Below, piece by piece: positions 43,687 to 48,666 of a DNA stretch of 48,666 bases. Source of the stretch: Armatimonadota bacterium (GTDB taxonomy: Bacteria; Armatimonadota; Zipacnadia; Zipacnadales; UBA5352). The stretch covers positions 1 through 48,666 of the forward strand of contig JBNJEK010000002.1 in the NCBI GenBank assembly GCA_051745855.1, written 5' to 3'. Below the pieces are notes generated by a model, which was not told where the DNA came from, searched no databases, and saw only the letters and a list, made by a program, of their open reading frames with translations. Within the stretch, counting starts at the first letter, position 1; every line of letters starts with the position of its first letter. A program made the translations under genes and the position numbers.

Positions 43687-46152
43687 ATGGGAGAGATGAC
43701 TGTGATGCGGATGACAGCCACGCTGGCAGCAATTCTCATGATCCCTGCGATCATCCCCGCCGCGGCGGATGATCTCGTGCTGATCGAAGGCGGACAGTCG
43801 GACGCCGTGATCGTCGCCGCCGAGGCGGACGCGACCGCTGCCGCTGAGTTGCAGCAGTACCTGCTCAAGATGACCAAAGCGGAGCTTGAGATCGTGGAGA
43901 GCGCCGCCGGCGGTCCGCGCATCGTACTCGGCGGCCTGAGCGACAGCGAGTGCGCCGACCTCGCACTTGACCTCGACGGCTTCGTGATACGCCGCGAGGG
44001 CGATCTGCTCCGACTGGCCGGCGAGACCTCAGCCGGCACGCTCAACGCCGTGTACCACTTCCTCGACCGCGAGGGCGTCCGCTGGTATTTGCCCGGCGAG
44101 ATCGGGGAGGTCGTGCCCGAACGCGACACCGTCGCCGTCGGCGACCTCGACGTCACTAAGCGCCCGCACTATCTCCACCGCAGCATCTGGCCGAGCCTCG
44201 CCTCGCGCGGCATGAGCGCAGAGGACCGCGCGCTCTTCAACGAGTGGAAGCGCCGCAACCTCTACGGCGGCGTCCCCACCCACGTCGGACACAACTTTCA
44301 TGCCATCGCCCCCGCCTCCGAGTACTTCGACGAGCATCCCGACTGGTACGCCCTGCGCGATGGCGAGCGCGACCCCAACGGTCAGCTTTGCACCTCCAAC
44401 CCCGAGGTCATCGAGCAGGCCGCCCGCGCCGCAGGGGAGCACTTCGACGAGGATCCCGCGCAAACGATGTTCTCGCTCAGTCCCGACGACAACGTCCGCT
44501 TCTGCCACTGCCCCGACTGCGAGGCGCTTGATCCGCCCGAGTTCCGCGGCCAGGACACCGGCATGGGCCGCCGCCTCGTGGTCTTCTCCAACGCGGTCGC
44601 CGAGAAGCTGCAGGAGACGCACCCGGGCAAAAACGTCGCCTTCTACGCCTACTGGGGCGCCGTCGAGGCCCCCGGCGACATCGACGCGCATCCCAACGTC
44701 ATCGTCTTCTTCACACCGATCGGCATGGCGTTCAACTACCCCCTGCAGGATGACCGCTCTCCGGTCAACCAGGTCCACGACGACTGGTACATGGGCTGGC
44801 GGGACGTCGCCGAGCAGATGGGGATCCGCCACTACTACAACTTCAGCTCTGTGCTGTGGATCCCATGGCGCGTGCTCACCGACGAACTCCGCTACCAGCA
44901 CGAGCATCACGCGATGTACCTGAACGCGGAACTGTGGTCTGATGCCGAGGGCTCACAGCTCAGCTACTGGATCCTCGCCCGCGTCCTCTGGGACGTGGAC
45001 GCCGACGTGGAGGCGCTCTTCGAGGACTACGTCAGCGGCCTCTACGGCCCCGCCGCCGAGCCTATGCGCCAGTACTACGCGCGCCTGACCGACGCCTTCA
45101 GCTACGGCCCCGAGGAGCTCTTGTGGCCGCGCAATCTCGAGCGCCAGCGGCCCTTCCTGTCGATGCTCACGCCCGAGGTCATCCGGGCATCCCGCGCCGA
45201 TCTGCGCGAGGCGCGACAGATCGCCCGCGGCGATGAGATATTGACCGACCGAATCCGCATATCGCAGATGTGGCTCAATTACATGAGCGCATGGCGCGAC
45301 TACGCGGGCTTCATGCTCGCCGGAGAGCCCGGCACGATGCAGGAGAAGGCGCAATCCGCCGCCGACCTGCTTGACGCCATCGAGCGCGTGGAGCGCTATG
45401 CTCCGGGAGCGATGCCCGAGATCGAGCGCATCCTCGCGCGCGACGCCGCGCAACTCGCCTGGATGGCGCAGGACAGCGGCGCGCTCAAGCCTGCATTCCC
45501 TGGGATGAGCGCCGAATCGCCCGATCTGCCCCCGACCGAGTTTCGCGGCACCAGCCGACACATGATCCTCGGCGACGGGGAGCCCTTCGAGGTGACGATC
45601 GGTCATGCACAGGTCGGGTCGTTTGAGGCGCCGGTCCGCTATCAGATCGCGGGGCCCGGTGGGACCGACATCGCCGGCGAGGTGCCGGTGGGCGGGCAGG
45701 TGGAGGTAGCGGTCGATCCTGCGCCGGAGGGCCTCTACGCGGTGATGATCGGGGCAGGATCGAACGCGGCCACGGTCGAGACCACCGCGCGCTACTTCGT
45801 GCATGACGCCAGCATGGGGCTCAGCATCGTGCATCGCGCCCGCCCGCTTCACTTCACGGTCCCCGCGGGAGTGCGCGACTTCACGCTCTCGCTCACCATC
45901 AGCGCGCCGGGCGAGTCCGCGCGCGTCCAGGTCGTCAACCCGGAGGGCGACGTCGTCGCGGAGCATGACGCGATCGGCACGGGCGTCGACCTTGAGATCA
46001 AGGTCCCGGCGGGAATGGACGGCCACCCGTGGCGGGTGGAGCTTTCGGATGCGCCCGAGGGGGTCTTCGAGGACGTGGAGCGCATCCGCTTCTCGGACGA
46101 GATTCCGCCGTGGCTCTCGGACGCCCCCGGCAGGCTGGTGGTGGAGGACTGA
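43687..46152 (+). CDS. Secreted DUF4838-like protein (putative glycoside-hydrolase-related, about 815-821 aa)
   Basis: The signal peptide is MRMTATLAAILMIPAIIPAAADD. Alternative starts are ATG 43705 and 43711, 9-15 nt after GGGAGAG. The N-terminal GH20b/GH67N-like block is FVIRREGDLLRLAGETSAGTLNAVYHFLDREGVRWYLPG. The motif LSPDDNVRFCHCPDCEAL is typical of DUF4838 as I recall it. Confidence 0.65.
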   Translation: MGEMTVMRMTATLAAILMIPAIIPAAADDLVLIEGGQSDAVIVAAEADATAAAELQQYLLKMTKAELEIVESAAGGPRIVLGGLSDSECADLALDLDGFVIRREGDLLRLAGETSAGTLNAVYHFLDREGVRWYLPGEIGEVVPERDTVAVGDLDVTKRPHYLHRSIWPSLASRGMSAEDRALFNEWKRRNLYGGVPTHVGHNFHAIAPASEYFDEHPDWYALRDGERDPNGQLCTSNPEVIEQAARAAGEHFDEDPAQTMFSLSPDDNVRFCHCPDCEALDPPEFRGQDTGMGRRLVVFSNAVAEKLQETHPGKNVAFYAYWGAVEAPGDIDAHPNVIVFFTPIGMAFNYPLQDDRSPVNQVHDDWYMGWRDVAEQMGIRHYYNFSSVLWIPWRVLTDELRYQHEHHAMYLNAELWSDAEGSQLSYWILARVLWDVDADVEALFEDYVSGLYGPAAEPMRQYYARLTDAFSYGPEELLWPRNLERQRPFLSMLTPEVIRASRADLREARQIARGDEILTDRIRISQMWLNYMSAWRDYAGFMLAGEPGTMQEKAQSAADLLDAIERVERYAPGAMPEIERILARDAAQLAWMAQDSGALKPAFPGMSAESPDLPPTEFRGTSRHMILGDGEPFEVTIGHAQVGSFEAPVRYQIAGPGGTDIAGEVPVGGQVEVAVDPAPEGLYAVMIGAGSNAATVETTARYFVHDASMGLSIVHRARPLHFTVPAGVRDFTLSLTISAPGESARVQVVNPEGDVVAEHDAIGTGVDLEIKVPAGMDGHPWRVELSDAPEGVFEDVERIRFSDEIPPWLSDAPGRLVVED

Positions 46153-46261
46153 GAGCCCGGGCGGCAGAGGCCGTCAACGGCACAGGCCGCGAGATGCCGT
46201 CCATCTCCCCGGGTCCGGCCTCTTCAACGGCAGCGCCGCCATGAGGCACGCACGTACACAC

Positions 46262-46296
46262 ACACGGGGCGCCGATCACTCATCGGCGCCCCGTGT
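46262..46296. terminator. Perfect 15-bp hairpin between convergent genes (bidirectional terminator candidate)
   Basis: The hairpin is ACACGGGGCGCCGAT-cactc-ATCGGCGCCCCGTGT, followed by CGTTTCTCGTT on the plus strand. It lies between the DUF4838 stop (46152) and the pdxS stop (46351). Confidence 0.65.
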
Positions 46297-46350
46297 CGTT
46301 TCTCGTTCAGCCGTTGTCGTTAGCTGGCCGCTGGAAGCTGACCACTGCCT

Positions 46351-47238
46351 TTACCAGCCGCGGTTCGCGAGACGGTCCTCTTCGGCCATCGACCGCACGT
46401 CGAGGCCTTCCATCGCCGCACCCTCGAGGCCGCGGGAGGCGTTCGCCACCTCGGCCGGATCCTCGTAGTAGGTGGTGGCGTGGACGATCGCGTTCGCACG
46501 CGCCGTCGGGTCCTCGGACTTGAAGATCCCCGAGCCCACGAAGACGCTCTCCGCGCCAAGCTGCATCATGAGTGAGGCGTCCGCGGGGGTCGCGATGCCG
46601 CCTGCCGCGAAGTTCGGCACCGGCAGCTTGCCCTCGGTCGCGACCTGCTTGACGAGGTCGTAGGGCGCGCCCATGTTCTTGGCCTCGGTCATAAGCTCGT
46701 CATCGCGCAGACCGGTCAGATGCTTGAGCGACGTCTGCACCGAGCGCATGTGTCGGGTGGCCTCGACGATGTTGCCCGAGCCCGCCTCACCCTTGGTGCG
46801 GATCATCGCCGCGCCCTCACCGATGCGCCGCAACGCCTCGGCGAGATTCGTGCAGCCGCAGACGAACGGGACGTCGAAGACGTGCTTGTCGATGTGAAAT
46901 GCCTCGTCGGCGGGTGTGAGGACTTCGCTCTCGTCGACAAAGTCCACGCCGACTGACTGAAGCACCTGCGCCTCGGCGAAATGCCCGATGCGCGCCTTGG
47001 CCATCACGGGGATGGTCACACACTCCATGATCTCTTCGATGATGCGGAGGTCGGCCATGCGCGCCACGCCGCCCTCTTTGCGGATGTCCGCCGGGACGCG
47101 CTCAAGCGCCATGACGGCGACCGCGCCCGAATCCTCGGCGATCTTCGCCTGCTCGGGAGTGGTGACGTCCATGATGACGCCGCCGCGCAGCATCTCCGCG
47201 AGCCCGACCTTGGTTCTCCATGTGGAAGTCTCGGCCAT
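46351..47238 (-). CDS. pdxS: Pyridoxal 5'-phosphate synthase lyase subunit PdxS
   Basis: [60 protein letters not shown]...[33 protein letters not shown] matches PdxS. AGGAG lies 9 nt before the ATG. No pdxT is adjacent. Confidence 0.96.
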   Translation of the reverse strand: MAETSTWRTKVGLAEMLRGGVIMDVTTPEQAKIAEDSGAVAVMALERVPADIRKEGGVARMADLRIIEEIMECVTIPVMAKARIGHFAEAQVLQSVGVDFVDESEVLTPADEAFHIDKHVFDVPFVCGCTNLAEALRRIGEGAAMIRTKGEAGSGNIVEATRHMRSVQTSLKHLTGLRDDELMTEAKNMGAPYDLVKQVATEGKLPVPNFAAGGIATPADASLMMQLGAESVFVGSGIFKSEDPTARANAIVHATTYYEDPAEVANASRGLEGAAMEGLDVRSMAEEDRLANRGW

Positions 47239-47332
47239 GATATGTCACTCCTGCCTCTGCCTGTGCGACAGGCTGAAAAGCCCCGCGGCAGCCATCTGCT
47301 GCCCGGGACCTCGAATCGCTGCCTCCATCAAC

Positions 47333-47361
47333 AGGATAGCACCGCCGAAGGGGGGAGTCAA
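47333..47361 (-). promoter_or_regulatory. Sigma70-like promoter candidate for pdxS (TTGACT-N17-TATCCT)
   Basis: On the minus strand, TTGACT is at 47361..47356 and TATCCT at 47338..47333, with a 17-nt spacer. It lies about 95 nt upstream of the pdxS ATG. Confidence 0.4.
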
Positions 47362-47569
47362 GGAAACAGCGCGTGCTGAAGCGAAAGGGCTTGAGCGGCC
47401 CCATGGGAGCGGGCGCGTTCAGCCGTTGCCGTCCGGAGGTCGGCCCTGCCCGGGGCCGACGCCGTGCGCAGTTTCTCGCACTCTCTCCACAACGCGGGCG
47501 ATCACGTCCCGTTCGGCCTGGGCAGGCCAAACCTCCGAACGATTGGACACCGTGCGCCGTTTTTCACAG

Positions 47570-48574
47570 CTATCCACCGGCATCTGCCTGGGCATCGTCC
47601 GACTGCTCCAGCTTCGCGAGCATCTCCCCCGCCACCTCGCCGGCCCAGCCCTCCGGGTCAAGCTCCTGCGTCTTCTCCCAGTCGGAGCGGGCGGCGGCGC
47701 TGTCTCCCGACGCGAGGTATGCCTGCCCCCGGTAGACGTGCGCGCTGGCGTATTCCGGATCGACCCTGATCGCCTCGGTGAGGTCCGCGATCGCCGCCTC
47801 GAAATCCTCTTGTTCGATGTTCACCAGTCCGCGATTGTGCCACGCCTGTTCATACTCGGGATTGACCTGCAGCGCCGCGTCGCAGTCGGCGACCGAGGCC
47901 TCAAGATCGCCAGCCTCGTAGTGCATCCTGGCGCGCGAGAGGTAGCCGACCGCGTAGTCCGGACGGATCTCCACGGCGCGCGTGAGTTCGTCGATGCCGG
48001 CCTGCAGGCGGTCCATCGCGCGGTAGATGTGCGCTCGTTCGCCGCGCGCGTCCATGTGCGCCGGGTCGAGGCTCACCGCGGTGGCGAAGTCCTGCAACCC
48101 GCGCTCGTCCTGCAGCAGCATCCTCGCCAGCCCACGGACGTACCACGTCTGTGCATCGGCCGCACCGGCATCGATAATCCGATTGCAGCGCTGCAGCGCT
48201 CGCGCCGCATTCCGCTGCGCATGCTCGGAGTTCCCAAGGGCATGCTGGACGTGCGCCTGGCCGACAAGCGCCATCGGATGATGCGGGTCATGCGCAAGGG
48301 CATGGAGGAAATCCTCCTGCGCCACCACGAAACGCGCCTCCGAGAGTGCGATGACGCCGTGCTCGACCCATGCGTCAGTGCACGTCGGGTCCGCGGAGAC
48401 GATCCTGTCGCAGACCGACATCGCCTCTTTCACGCGCGCCTGGTAGCGAAGGGTCTGCGCCCATGCGAGCAACTCCTGCTGCTCGGCCCGCAGCGCGTCT
48501 GTGGCATCGGTCGCGAACGCTGTCTGCGTCGCGATCAGCGCGACCATCCCGGCAATAAGATATCTGTGAATCAT
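47570..48574 (-). CDS. Secreted tetratricopeptide (TPR) repeat protein (334 aa)
   Basis: The signal peptide is MIHRYLIAGMVALIATQTAFA. Multiple 34-aa TPR units follow (e.g. AWHNRGLVNIEQEDFEAAIADLTEAIRVDPEYASAHVYRGQAYL). Confidence 0.8.
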   Translation of the reverse strand: MIHRYLIAGMVALIATQTAFATDATDALRAEQQELLAWAQTLRYQARVKEAMSVCDRIVSADPTCTDAWVEHGVIALSEARFVVAQEDFLHALAHDPHHPMALVGQAHVQHALGNSEHAQRNAARALQRCNRIIDAGAADAQTWYVRGLARMLLQDERGLQDFATAVSLDPAHMDARGERAHIYRAMDRLQAGIDELTRAVEIRPDYAVGYLSRARMHYEAGDLEASVADCDAALQVNPEYEQAWHNRGLVNIEQEDFEAAIADLTEAIRVDPEYASAHVYRGQAYLASGDSAAARSDWEKTQELDPEGWAGEVAGEMLAKLEQSDDAQADAGG

Positions 48575-48666
48575 CGCATGCGCCTCTCGAGGGACGAAGC
48601 ATCTGTCCGGATGGATCAGTAGTTTCGCGGTCGGGGGCCGACAGTCCTTCGAGCGCAGCGCGGTAG

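Noticed and set aside
43412-44156. ORF 43412..43603 (+, 63 aa, GTG start) and ORF 43464..44156 (-, 230 aa) in or over the divergent intergenic region
   Set aside because: The plus ORF has no SD and a non-protein-like composition. The minus ORF starts inside, and runs antisense to, the DUF4838 gene. I treat the region as non-coding and regulatory.
46988-48622. A 544-aa plus-strand ORF spanning pdxS, the spacer and the TPR gene
   Set aside because: It runs antisense to two genes with clear family identity. Its composition is Arg/Ala/Pro-rich, which is typical of shadow ORFs in high-GC DNA. It has no SD and no recognisable motif.
48575-48666. A possible 3' end of another minus-strand gene and a small GTCGG-ccc-CCGAC hairpin at the right edge
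   Set aside because: Too little sequence is present to fix a frame or a family, so it was left unannotated.

Overview
This is a high-GC (roughly 65% by eye) bacterial chromosomal segment. From 9.4 to 41.5 kb there is one uninterrupted minus-strand array of 39 genes. In order these are rpoB-rpoC, the str cluster (rpsL-rpsG-fusA), the S10, spc and alpha ribosomal-protein clusters with secY-adk-map-infA, then truA-rplM-rpsI. Both flanks look accessory. The left flank (1-9.2 kb) holds a sulfatase fragment, a DUF4962/heparinase II/III-like lyase with a CBM-like tail, an Ldh_2 dehydrogenase, an Fsr-like MFS transporter, a tiny membrane-peptide/lipoprotein pair and an orphan 694-aa secreted protein. 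The right flank (41.9-48.6 kb) holds a PF12831-type FAD oxidoreductase divergent from a DUF4838 protein, then pdxS and a secreted TPR protein. The gene content suggests a PVC-group or Planctomycetota-like organism; this is inference only. I saw no rRNA, tRNA, CRISPR array, transposase or integrase. I did not find a clear novel multi-gene system. The most unusual observations all lie inside the core machinery. First, a divergent EF-G II-type paralogue (G3 motif DCPGY instead of DTPGH) sits in the normally invariant rpsQ|rplN junction, in addition to a canonical fusA. Second, rpsE (S5) is absent from its universal slot between rplR and rpmD. Third, extra four-cysteine (CxxC-Nn-CxxC) mini zinc-ribbon-like insertions occur in both RpoB and RpoC, and RpoC also carries a short trigger-loop insertion. 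Fourth, S3 has a 136-aa acidic tail, S11 has an N-terminal extension and S12 has an insertion. Fifth, rpoC, rpsG and fusA have obligatory TTG starts. Sixth, near-consensus sigma70-like promoters are followed by terminator-like leader hairpins ahead of rpoB, rpsL and pdxS. Many ORF-track entries are antisense shadow ORFs or over-extended N-termini. I corrected starts using Shine-Dalgarno spacing and family N-termini.
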